DNA of 62,928 nucleotides, filler included, from Octopus bimaculoides (Eukaryota): the NCBI RefSeq assembly GCF_001194135.2. It is 7 parts of 7 records of this genome, joined end to end, with 100 filler letters (N's around TTAATTAATTAA, not from the genome) between each part and the next. Parts side by side here need not be neighbours in the genome. Positions count along the whole stretch, not along the records: positions 45,406 to 55,881 come from NC_068989.1; positions 55,982 to 61,238 come from NC_068991.1; positions 61,339 to 62,928 come from NC_068981.1; 4 more parts are not named here. One strand, given 5' to 3'. A program made the translations under genes and the position numbers. Positions 50,740-62,569 of the stretch are shown here, in pieces. Position 1 is the stretch's first letter; each line of letters begins with the position of its first letter. The notes under the pieces are model-generated. The model did no database searches. It had not been told where the DNA came from and saw only the letters and a program-made list of their open reading frames with translations.

Positions 50740-51704
50740 AGCGATCTATCATGACGATATATATACATATATACATACATATAAACAAACATACATACAT
50801 ATACACATATATGTTTATGTATGTATATGTATGTATGTACGCATGTATGTATATGATGTGTGTATCTGTGTGTCGATTCAATGCTCAGATGACTCGACAT
50901 GGCATTCTTTTATATAATACGCTTGTGTTTCATTTCTCCAAGGAGCAACAAACAGCGCCATCTGACAGCAGTATATACTATAAAACACACACACACCTAC
51001 ACACACACACACCCACACCCACACATACACACACAAATAAACGCACAAACACATATATACAGACATAATTTATGCTAAATAGGTTTAATATATAATTGAT
51101 AAACCTCCGCACGGAAGCGTGTATGTTCATGCAATCGTGCATGCGTGCGTGTGTATGTGTGTGTGTATGTGTGTGTGTATGTGTGCGTGTGTGCATGTCT
51201 GTGCGCGTGTGTGCATGTCTGTGCGCGTGTGTTTTTGTGTATATAAGGGTGTGGATCTTATGTATGCCTGGTTTACTAGGCACGTATGTATGTATGCATG
51301 TATGCATGTATGTATATGTGTGTATGTATGTATGTATGTATGTATATGTATGTATGTATGTATGCATATGTATGTATGTGTGTGTATGTATGCATGTTTG
51401 TATGCACATGTGTGTATGTATGTGTGTGTGTATGTATATACGTATGTATGCATATGTGTGCATGTATGCGTGTGTATGTATGTATGTACGTACGTATGGA
51501 TAGATGGATAGATGTGTGTATGTATGTATGTGTGTGTGTATGTATATATGTATGTATGTATGCATATATATATATATGTCTGTCTATATACATGCTAGCG
51601 TGTATTTAATATGCATGCTACTATGTATGCATGTATGTATGTTTTTTGTATGCATGAATGTATATATGTATGTATGTATATGTATGTATGTATGCAGACA
51701 TGCA

Positions 51705-51752
<48 letters not shown>

Positions 51753-51766
51753 CATGCATACATGCG

Positions 51767-51801
<35 letters not shown>

Positions 51802-51810
51802 GTGTTTTAT
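50740..51810. repeat. Long compound (TA/TG/TATG/CATA) microsatellite field
   Basis: Directly visible; source of many spurious ORFs. Confidence 0.97.
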
Positions 51811-52324
51811 TTCAAATTATCTGAAATCTTCCTGTACGGAAGGTGCAAGTTTCGAAGTTACAAAGCTCCACCCTTAAAATATAGATAACAAAAGCAAATA
51901 CACNNNNNNNNNNNNNNNNNNNNNNNNNNNNNNNNNNNNNNNNNNNNNNNNNNNNNNNNNNNNNNNNNNNNNNNNNNNNNNNNNNNNNNNNNNNNNNNNN
52001 NNNNNNNNNNNNNNNNNNNNNNNNNNNNNNNNNNNNNNNNNNNNNNNNNNNNNNNNNNNNNNNNNNNNNNNNNNNNNNNNNNNNNNNNNNNNNNNNNNNN
52101 NNNNNNNNNNNNNNNNNNNNNNNNNNNNNNNNNNNNNNNNNNNNNNNNNNNNNNNNNNNNNNNNNNNNNNNNNNNNNNNNNNNNNNNNNNNNNNNNNNNN
52201 NNNNNNNNNNNNNNNNNNNNNNNNNNNNNNNNNNNNNNNNNNNNNNNNNNNNNNNNNNNNNNNNNNNNNNNNNNNNNNNNNNNNNNNNNNNNNNNNNNNN
52301 NNNNNNNNNNNNNNNNNNNNNNNN

Positions 52325-52680
52325 GGCAGCGGACTCGCGGTCGTAGGATCGCGGTTTCGATTCCCAGACCGGGCGTTGTGAGTGTTTATTGAGCGAAAAC
52401 ACCTAAAGCTCCACGAGGCTCCGGCAGGGGATGGTGGCGAACCCTACTGTACTCTTCCACCACAACTTTCTCTCACTCTTACTTCATGTTTCTGTTGTGC
52501 CTGTAATTCAAAGGGTTAGCCTTGTCACACTGTGTCACGCTGAATATCCCCGAGAACTACGTTAAGGGCACACGTGTGTGTGGAGTGCTCGGCCACTTGC
52601 ACGTTAATTTCACGAGCAGGCTATTCCGTTGATCGGATCAACTGGAACCCTCAACGTCGTAAGCGACGGAGTGCCAACAC
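52325..52680 (+). mobile_element. SINE family D
   Basis: B-box GGTTTCGATTCCC and a tail shared with 46445-46780. Confidence 0.8.
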
Positions 52681-52690
52681 CATAAAAGAG

Positions 52691-53104
52691 AATTTTTTGT
52701 CTCCACAGTAACTGCAGTGGATTTGCGTTTTAGCAGTTGAAATATGTCACAAACATATTTCAGATAACCTAAATTTTGCCTAAACAGTACCTGGCGCCGA
52801 TGTTTCTATTTTTATTCCAACGAAGCGATCCACTGACGCAACTCAGTAACTGATGTTGATTTTTTTAGTTGAAGCTACGGCTTTGAAGCTGCTCCGAGTT
52901 ATCTCACTTCTGTGTTTTCCATTGAGGAAGGTTAAAGAGCCAAAAGTGCGCATCTGGGAATCAGCTGAAGTCAAGCACTGGGCAAATATGGTGGTTTTAC
53001 ACATTTTAACATATGAGATAATCTTTTCTCCTACGGTAACTGCTGTGAATTTTGCTTTTAGAAGTTAAATTATGTCATTAACATATTTTAACTAACCTAA
53101 ATTT
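52691..53104 (+). repeat. Diverged ~88-bp direct repeats, period 328 bp, enclosing a hammerhead-like motif
   Basis: GTAACTGC(A/T)GTG(G/A)ATTT...TATGTCA...ACATATTT...TAACCTAAATTT, anchored at 52708 and 53036. Confidence 0.8.
52916..52960 (+). ncRNA. Minimal type-I hammerhead-like motif (U3.G8, A12 variant)
   Basis: TTTCCA-TTGAGGA-A-GGTT[AAAG]AGCC-AAAA-GTGCGCA-T-C-TGGGAA. It has a 6-bp stem I, a 4-bp stem II, a TGCGCA palindrome and an AUC triplet. Confidence 0.7.
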
Positions 53105-53540
53105 CGATGGACTAAAGCGTTCTTCCTGAGAGAAAGCAAGCAAGGTCTGGAGGGAGAGTTAGCAGTTATTTCTAGCAGTTTGGGTCTCCTTACTCGGCTC
53201 ATGTACCATTTTGATGTGAGAATGTCTGAGTCACTGAATCAATGTTTCAACCCAAGTAGGGAGGTAAATGGGTTGACTGACTGCTATTTCTAGCAGGCTG
53301 AACAACCATGTAGGGACCTCACTTAACTGGTGGTGGTGGACAGCTGACGACAAGACCCTAAACTAACAAAAATAAACTAAAGCTAAGATTGGTTTGATGA
53401 AAACAAAGAGGACGCCATCCAGCTTCTGTGTGACAAGTGCAAGTCTTTCATTGAATGACAGAATGACATGTTGTGGAGCGGAAAGAAGGGAATCGCTTTT
53501 AACACTTCCAGGTAGAGTAGAAAGGGGAGAGGGGGAAGGA

Positions 53541-53575
<35 letters not shown>

Positions 53576-54266
53576 CACANNNNNNNNNNACACATATATA
53601 TATAGAGAGAGAGAGAGAGAGAAAGAGAGAGAAATTTAACTCTTCCAGGTAGAGTAGATAGGGAGAGGGAGAGGATGAGAGAGAGAAAGGGAGAGAGATA
53701 GAGAGAGAGGAGGAGAGAGAGAGACAGACAGACAGACACAATAACAGAGAAAGAGATTGAGAGACAAACACAAATAGAGACAGAGAGAGAGAGAGAGAGG
53801 CAGACAGAGCAAGGATATTAGATATGATACCGGAAAGCTGATGGACAGGTAAAAGTACTTGGCTAATGAGCAGTGCGCAGGCGGAGAGAGAAGTCAATGA
53901 GGGAGCAACCACTCAACCAACTAGAAATAGCAGTCAAAGCGGATCTTTTTATAGGCTACAAAATGAAGATTCTAGAAGATTGAATCACGTGACAGCTTCA
54001 TGCTGATTGGTTGCTTAACAGACTGGTCACATGAAGCTACTGTGGTTCGGTCGTGTAACTTCATTCTGCGCCATTACATTCATACATACATTAAGAGTTT
54101 TCTTAAGTTCCAAATGTGAATCTGTGTTAACTACATCCCAAAGATGGAGCCTTGTATCTTTGTTGGAAACTGGCTCCCTCCTTAGTGGAAGATTTATCAT
54201 AATCAAAACATAGAAGAGACATGCATACATACATACATGCATACATACATAAATACATACATATAT

Positions 54267-54769
54267 GAGGTTGTCTCCCTTGTCAGTACATAGAACCGGG
54301 CTTTGTTCGTGGCTAAAGAGACTTTGACTCTTGTTTCAAGCAATGTTAGCGCTGCCCTACACCCTTCGTCATTTTTAGTGACGGTGTATTTTTTTTCCTT
54401 TATCGTTTTAAATTGCGTCTGGCCACGTTAATTATTTTATAATTTTCCCTTTACCACTTTGCTGAATCATCCATTGATTCATATCGTAAATTCTATAAAT
54501 ACCGACAAGGAGGATTTCAGCTTCACCACCAGCAATGGAGTAGCGTCTCTGATGAGTATTAATTTCATGCGAAATTGGCGTGCCGGTTTGAAGCCTTCGC
54601 TTGCAGTGGGGAGGTTGTAACGTTTGTCAGTACATAGGACCGTGCTTTGTTCGTTTCTAGAGTCTTTGACTCTTCCCTCTATTCCCTCTAACAACACTGG
54701 TCATGCCCTACACCCTTGGTGAATTTTTTCCTTTTTGCTCTTAAATTGAGTTTAGCCACCTTGATTATA
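54267..54769 (+). repeat. Diverged ~165-bp direct repeats, period 344 bp, enclosing a hammerhead-like core
   Basis: GAGGTTGT...TGTCAGTACATAG(A/G)ACCG(G/T)GCTTTGTTCGT...CTTTGACTCTT...GCCCTACACCCTT at 54267 and 54611. Confidence 0.85.
54545..54585 (+). ncRNA. Decayed hammerhead-like motif
   Basis: CTGATGA-GTAT[TAATTTC]ATGC-GAAA. The core and 4-bp stem II are canonical; stem I and the cleavage triplet are not recoverable. Confidence 0.5.
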
Positions 54770-55335
54770 TATATAAATATATATATATATACATATATAC
54801 ATATATATATATNNNNNNNNNNNNNNNNNNNNNNNNNNNNNNNNNNNNNNNNNNNNNNNNNNNNNNNNNNNNNNNNNNNNNNNNNNNNNNNNNNNNNNNN
54901 NNNNNNNNNNNNNNNNNNNNNNNNNNNNNNNNNNNNNNNNNNNNNNNNNNNNNNNNNNNNNNNNNNNNNNNNNNNNNNNNNNNNNNNNNNNNNNNNNNNN
55001 NNNNNNNNNNNNNNNNNNNNNNNNNNNNNNNNNNNNNNNNNNNNNNNNNNNNNNNNNNNNNNNNNNNNNNNNNNNNNNNNNNNNNNNNNNNNNNNNNNNN
55101 NNNNNNNNNNNNNNNNNNNNNNNNNNNNNNNNNNNNNNNNNNNNNNNNNNNNNNNNNNNNNNNNNNNNNNNNNNNNNNNNNNNNNNNNNNNNNNNNNNNN
55201 NNNNNNNNNNNNNNNNNNNNNNNNNNNNNNNNNNNNNNNNNNNNNNNNNNNNNNNNNNNNNNNNNNNNNNNNNNNNNNNNNNNNNNNNNNNNNNNNNNNN
55301 NNNNNNNNNNNNNNNNNNNNNNNNNNNNNNNNNNN

Positions 55336-55387
<52 letters not shown>

Positions 55388-55753
55388 TACATAGATAGAT
55401 AGATAGATACATACATACATATATACATACATACATACATACCATACCATACCATACATACATCATACACACATACGTACATGGCGAAAACAGCCGTTAC
55501 AGAACTCTCACTGAGAGAAAATGGCGGTGTTTGTCTGGCAAGGACTTCAAACCTTCGCTGGACGGACGTTCGTTATTGATTGTTATGAAGAAAGTATAAT
55601 AAGTGACTAATAAGGATGTATGAAATAGGGAAAATATCCTTAACAAGAAGCATAAAAACAAGAGTGTGGTCATGTTTTTAGTAAGACGTGCACGCTTAAA
55701 AACCAAAAACATATTCCTCACACACACATGCACACATACATGCATGCACACAT

Positions 55754-55794
<41 letters not shown>

Positions 55795-57335
55795 AACACA
55801 TTTATAAACATATACATATATACATACATACGTACATACTCACGAAGGTTTTTATATATATATATACGTATATATATATATNNNNNNNNNNNNNNNNNNN
55901 NNNNNNNNNNNNNNNNNNNNNNNNNTTAATTAATTAANNNNNNNNNNNNNNNNNNNNNNNNNNNNNNNNNNNNNNNNNNNNTTATCTTGTCCGTCCTCTG
56001 TTTTTCTCCTTACACCTCTCTCAACCTCCGATTGATCACTCCCTACTTTTGGGATATATTTTATATCTTTCTTATACCGCCCCACTCACCTTTATCTCCC
56101 TAACTCATGGTCTATTTTTTCTCCCTCAACATCTCTCTGTTGTGTCAAAGTTCGTTAACTTACTCTAAAATCTCCTTATAGTTCTAATACTGGAACGTGT
56201 TTAACAGTTCTCTTCGTTTTTCCCAAGAATTAGATAGATAATTAAATAAATAAATAAATAAATAAATAGATAGATAGATAAATAAATAAATAAATAAATA
56301 AATAGACAGAGAGAGAGAGAAAGAAAGAGAAATAGAGACGGTAAGTACGTTGATGTAATTTTGCATGTTGTTGAAAATCACATTCGTTTTCTAGGAATTA
56401 ATAATAAAAACGTTACAAACATGTACAATTACGTAATTTTAGCCAATAGGAAACTTCCATTCCTTGCATACAAGAAGTCGCACCAGTGCGTTTGTATGGG
56501 AACGGACACCACATAGATGAAACTTTTACGTGGTCTCTCGACCGACTAGAAATAGCTGCCAAATATTCCTTAAACCACTTCATAAGAGTTTAGAAAAACA
56601 AAAACATGAAGCATTGTTCCACAATATCATATATTTTCTCACTTTAGGCAGGCCCATGTGTTTTTCACTTGTTGAGTATTATTAATAGTATTAAAATTAA
56701 AGTCAGTTTCCACGGATGTAAGCTTTTATCGGACTGATGACCATTAAAGCACTTTCTGGACACCGAAGATCGATATTAAATGTATTTCCTCTTTCTTATG
56801 ATAAAACTGTAATCCCAACTACATGGTTCCGGATTCAGTCTCACTGCGTGGTACCTTGGACAAGTGCCTTCTACTATAGCCTCTGACAATTAATTGCAAA
56901 CAAAGTTATTAAGGAGCAGGTCGGTGTTGCTTCAGAAGCTAAAGTCAATTGTTATAAGCAGTTTAGAGATACACGTTGTCTATCGACCATCCTGTACAGA
57001 TTGGAAGAAATGGTTTATACAATTGTTTTGCAGTATTATCCATTTTAGCAATATGATCCATTTCTAATTCTTATATTTTTGTTTATTATCAATGAAATCA
57101 TGATACAATTAATCAAAAGAATTGAGTTTAACAATTATCATTTTTACATCAGGTCCATTTCATTTTATTTCATATAAAAGAAAACGATGTTCTTCCGTTT
57201 CCGCAAATGAGTGTCCGGCAAATGACGGTCTTTGCTGACTTCAGTAGTTTCGCTTTCTGAATCACAAAACGAAATGTCACAGTATTGTCTTAAAACAAGG
57301 AAGACAGCTGACAAGATAGTTTAGTTCTAGACATA

Positions 57336-58755
57336 CAGAGATTGGACAAAATAAAGGAAACACCTAGCATCCTAGCATCATAATTTGAAATATCTATAAA
57401 ACCGTCAAAAGCTTGTTTATTTTTATGTTTTTTAGTTATTATTAGCGTTGCTTAATATTTTTTGCTAAAATTGCTGTTTCTTTTCAGATATCATCAGAAA
57501 AAGGTAATTAAAATTCATTAAAAGGACAGATCTATCGGATTTTCAATGAGGTCAAACTTTTGGTGCTTGTATGGCAGGCGCTAGCATAACGAAAACAGCC
57601 GAAATGTTTGGTATATCAAGAAGTACTGTCTCGAAAGTAATAACAGCCTTTGAGAAAGAAGGAAAAGCCTCCTCGTCGAAACAAAACACCGGAAGAAAAC
57701 CAAACCTTCCAGTTAGGGACCTCCGAACTCTTATGCGAATTTGTTAGAAAGGATCACAAAAGTACAGCTTCCAGAATTTCTGCAGAGCTTAATGACCACT
57801 TCGAGAACCCAGTTTCCACAAAAACTGTTCGCCGGAAGCTGCACAAAGCCGAATTTCACGGGAGGGCTACAATCAGAAAACCACTACGTTCAAAAACAAA
57901 CGTTGCAAAGCGCTTAGAGTGGAGTAAAAACCTACAGGATTAGTCCCTAGGGCAGTGGAAGAATGTTATTTTCTCAGACGAGTCATCTTTTACCTTATTT
58001 CTNNNNNNNNNNNNNNNNNNNNNNNNNNNNNNNNNNNNNNNNNNNNNNNNNNNNNNNNNNNNNNNNNNNNNNNNNNNNNNNNNNNNNNNNNNNNNNNNNN
58101 NNNNNNNNNNNNNNNNNNNNNNNNNNNNNNNNNNNNNNNNNNNNNNNNNNNNNNNNNNNNNNNNNNNNNNNNNNNNNNNNNNNNNNNNNNNNNNNNNNNN
58201 NNNNNNNNNNNNNNNNNNNNNNNNNNNNNNNNNNNNNNNNNNNNNNNNNNNNNNNNNNNNNNNNNNNNNNNNNNNNNNNNNNNNNNNNNNNNNNNNNNNN
58301 NNNNNNNNNNNNNNNNNNNNNNNNNNNNNNNNNNNNNNNNNNNNNNNNNNNNNNNNNNNNNNNNNNNNNNNNNNNNNNNNNNNNNNNNNNNNNNNNNNNN
58401 NNNNNNNNNNNNNNNNNNNNNNNNNNNNNNNNNNNNNNNNNNNNNNNNNNNNNNNNNNNNNNNNNNNNNNNNNNNNNNNNNNNNNNNNNNNNNNNNNNNN
58501 NNNNNNNNNNNNNNNNNNNNNNNNNNNNNNNNNNNNNNNNNNNNNNNNNNNNNNNNNNNNNNNNNNNNNNNNNNNNNNNNNNNNNNNNNNNNNNNNNNNN
58601 NNNNNNNNNNNNNNNNNNNNNNNNNNNNNNNNNNNNNNNNNNNNCCATACCTCGTAGAATGCAAGCTGTAATTACTGCCAAAGTCGGTCCTATCCCATAT
58701 TAAAATAAATTTGATTGAAATTTTCAGGTGTTTTCATTATTTTGTCCACTTTCTG
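57336..58755 (+). mobile_element. Tc1 (DD34E-type) element, ~1.4 kb, central gap
   Basis: TA-flanked TIR CAGA..TGGACAAAATAA..(G)AAACACC. Translation gives TAEMFGISRSTVSKV, VSTKTVRRKLHK...IRKP...KRLEW, WKNVIFSDES.F and C-terminal IPRRMQAVITAKVGPIPY*. Confidence 0.92.
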
Positions 58756-60538
58756 TATAATAAAGCCGGAATGGCCAAAGCTGGAAGGTGTTTAATAATA
58801 GTTCTTTCAGCTTGATCAGTGTTAACCTGCGACTAAACAACGACAGCGAGGACCACACACACACACACACACACGTACACACACACACACACTCACATTC
58901 ACACTCACACACACACACACACACACACAATATTTATGCGTGTTTTCTGAAACAAGCCTTCAGTTTCAAAAATTCAAAGAAAACCATTCTTTCGCTTTCA
59001 TTTGAGTGAAAAGTCTCCGGTAAATGACGATTTTGGGGCTTCAGTTCAGGAATTTTACTTATTACTTCATAAAACGAAAGAGTACGATGGCATCGCAGTC
59101 TTTAAAACGAAGCATGTTTATTTCGGAAAGCGTTTAAATACATCGAAAAGATTAGATAATTACGTGGTTACGTCATTCCAATTTTCTTGTTATTTATATA
59201 ATCTCTTATTATGCTCTGTATCTGCTTAAGGCTTTATTCTTAAAGCATACGTATACTGAGTTCTAATAAATGGTTATAAGTATCGCCATGCTTAAACGAA
59301 TGCATGTACACACATATCGTTAAGCATACTAAGGGAGAGTACGTACTTGCGTGGCAGACGAGTTATACAATGCAGTGTACCCGCTGACATAAATCCATGG
59401 CGTCATTTACTCTGTCAATGACTTTCCTTTGCTTAATTTTTAATTGTTTATAGACTCAGCGGTTCTCAGTTTCTCATTTAAATTATTGTGAGTTCATTAT
59501 TTCATCTTCACTTGAGGATTTCCTCTCGGAAACTATTTTCTAACCCAGTTTACTAACATTTAGAATTCCAAACTTCACTAAAGTTTTTGACTGCTCCATC
59601 CGAGAAGAGTCCTGATCGACAATACAACCACGTAAGCCAATGAGGGTGCAATTATGCAGTCACTCGACTTGCTACAAATATCAACAAATCTATCGTTTTT
59701 GAAAAAAAGGTTACTAGCGACGATGTAGTCCTAAATGTACTATGTCTGAAAAATGACGTGATGGTCACGGTATTTCAACTGTGGTCATCTTTTTGATCAC
59801 AATTTTTGTTCACTGGTCTTCTGGATCAGGGCTGACAAACAACAATCACTTCTGTTTTATTCAACGTCTCTGTTCTTAGCTTAGTGGTTAGCTTCAACAT
59901 CATACGGTTGTGGATTCAATTCCTAAACAAAGAAGTGCACTGTGTCCTTGAACAAGGCACTTCATTTCACATTACTCCACTCAATGCAGCTGAAATGAAT
60001 ATTAGCCGATTACAGGCCCATCCCTTTCTCCTTCCAGCAGTCACGTTACTTGATGCTCGATTGGGTCAAGAATTGGAGGAGAGCCGAGAGAGTACTGACG
60101 TCTGCTCTTGAATACATGGACACCCAAAACAAGTCACCATCGATTCCAAATGACAACTGCGGTTTATATGGCATCCTATTATTGTCTATGAACACTGTCC
60201 TGAGTTACGGAGACAACATAAGCAGACATAATATATTTCTCTTTTACTTTTGACTTATGCTCTTCGTTTTAGAAAGGACCTGATTGAACTAAGAGAGTAA
60301 ATTATTGGTATTGGTTTTACTTGTCTCTAAGAAAATAAAAGTTTGACTGACATCAAAAATACTTGAACTTATTGTGGCACTTTCAAATGTGACAGAGTGA
60401 ACTCCTCATTCCTCACTAGTCAAACAGTTCTGGTATGCCCACAAATTTACATGATAACTCCTTTATCTGTAGACAACTCAAACACTAGTGCAGTGTTTTC
60501 CATCATTTTTTACTCTTATGAAATCCTTGAAATACACT

Positions 60539-60569
<31 letters not shown>

Positions 60570-60628
60570 CCGTCTAAGAATCCATAAGTCATGAAAAAAT
60601 GCACTCGTATATTTGTCAGTAGAGTGGC

Positions 60629-60890
60629 TATATCAATCGAAGTGTACAGTATTATATATCTATTACGACTGATCTTACCAACCGGTTTCGCACTAAGGGT
60701 TCAACGTAATGTTAAGTAATAGTCCGATTATGTAACACTGCAGTCACCATATTTCATTCCATGACGGCAATCTCTGAAGAGCATAGAGATACATAATCGG
60801 ACTAACACTCCTTTGAATCCCTAGTGCGAAACCGATTAGTAAGATCGGTCGTAAAGAATATGTAATACTGTACACTTCGATTAATATATA
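60629..60890. repeat. Fold-back element: ~105-bp imperfect inverted arms, 55-bp loop
   Basis: AATCGAAGTGTACAGTATTA...GGTTTCGCACTA...AGTCCGATTATGTA (60629-60734) is the reverse complement of 60790-60890. Confidence 0.9.
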
Positions 60891-60902
60891 TATATATATA
60901 TA

Positions 60903-61034
60903 TATATTCAGTATGAGAACATGGGTAATGGGTAAAATATTATTATAAAATCTGGTAATTAATCATATATTAATTAATATCGATTAATTATCAGGAGGCC
61001 AGCACCCATTACCCATGTTCTCATACTGAATATA
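60903..61034. repeat. Small fold-back element with a perfect 31-bp inverted repeat
   Basis: TATATTCAGTATGAGAACATGGGTAATGGGT (60903-60933) and its exact complement (61004-61034). Confidence 0.95.
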
Positions 61035-61148
61035 TACGACGCAGTAAATATTTTCTGCAGATATATTCCTGGAATTAGCGCGCCAAAACGAAGACTTTTG
61101 AATTTTACCATTAAGCTGTAATTAGCAAAACCATATACACGCGCACCC

Positions 61149-61227
61149 ATGGCGGTGGGCAACTCTGTATACGATTCTGATGATTGTGGTTACATTACAA
61201 ATCAGGCTGAAGAGGAATGGACAAATG
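61149..61227 (+). CDS. Candidate first coding exon MAVGNSVYDSDDCGYITNQAEEEWTN(G)
   Basis: GCACCCATGG start context in locally GC-richer DNA, upstream in-frame TAA, 26 open codons and a donor ATG|GTAAGA. No homology recognised. Confidence 0.45.
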
Positions 61228-61338
61228 GTAAGATTTGTNNNNNNNNNNNNNNNNNNNNNNNNNNNNNNNNNNNNNNNNNNNNTTAATTAATTAANNNNNN
61301 NNNNNNNNNNNNNNNNNNNNNNNNNNNNNNNNNNNNNN

Positions 61339-61800
61339 AAAAAGTGCCACACCCTAACAGTTGAGGGAACCCGTGGAAGAGGTAGGCCCAGGAAGACCTG
61401 GGCTGAGGTGGTGAGGCAAGACCTTCGAACATTGGGCCTCACCGAGGCGATGACTACTGACCGAGACCTTTGGAAATGTGCTGTGCGTGAGAAGACCCGG
61501 CAAACCAAGTGAGATCGTTGCCAGTGCCCCTGGACTGGCTCTTGTGCGGGTGACACATAAAAGACACCATTTCGAGTGTGGCCGTTGCCAGTACTGCCTG
61601 ACTGGCCTTCATGCGGGTGACACATAGAAACATCCACTACACTCACTGAGTGGTTGGCGTTAGGAAGGGCATCCAGCTGTAGAAACTCTGCCAAATAAGA
61701 TTGGAGCCTGGTGTTGCCAACCGGTTTCACCAGTCCTCAGTCAAATCGTCCAACCCATGCTAGCATGGAAAGCGAACGATGATGATGATGATGATGATAC
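61339..61800 (+). mobile_element. RTE LINE 3' end (ORF C-terminus, 3' UTR, (GAT)n)
   Basis: KCHTLTVEGTRGRGRPRKTWAEVVRQDLRTLGLTEAMTTDRDLWKCAVREKTRQTK*. Confidence 0.92.
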
Positions 61801-62569
61801 ATACACACATCCAATCAGCACAAGTGAGGTTGTCATGGAGCTTGTAAGATTACAAACCCTGAAGAAGAAGCTTTATACTAGGAGATGAAAATGGAAAAGT
61901 CTAAGAGAAGCGGCCAAAACAGAAAAGGTTTCTTGCAGTAAAGACGTTACATGACCACTCACATTTTAGAAGAAAGGACGAGAATAATTGGATGGAGCTG
62001 GAAAGAGGTAAAAATGGTGGTGATGAGGTGTCTGGGTAGAGGTGAATGGGATAGAGGGATCAAGGGTGTGGGTGAGTGGAGGTTGCAAGAGAGTATGAGG
62101 GAGTGAGAGATGGGGAATCAGTGAGGGGGGGAAGGTAGGCAACAACTGTAAAGACTGGGTCAGTTTGAAAGGTAGATGTAGTGATTGGCGGATAACTAAT
62201 GATGCAGGTGTTACAGGAAGTAGGGTAGGGGGCAGCAGGAGATAACAGTGCAAAGCAGCAGGACTGTAATGATGATAAAGTGGACAGAAGAAGGACAAGA
62301 GAGGGATGGCATGTAGTTGGGTAAGTTACAGGAACACGTGGTAGTGGGGAGGGAGACAGGCATAGGGCACAAGAAGAATGAGAGACATGGTGAGAGAGAA
62401 ACAGAGTTGTGAGATAATTTGGTGGCTCAATGGGAGCAGTGATCAATAAAAGTGTGGGTAAAGAGAATGGTATTAATGGAAGAAAGATAGCTAACAAGTG
62501 AAATGATTCTGGGTAGTAAGAAAAGTAAGTGGTGTCAAGGAAGAGTTGCAGTTAGAGAGATCATCGTCA

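Noticed and set aside
56722-56775. CTGATGA followed by CCA...TGG; similar single cores at 16140, 26457, 59505 and 61860
   Set aside because: No correctly spaced GAAA, stem III and stem I; consistent with chance.
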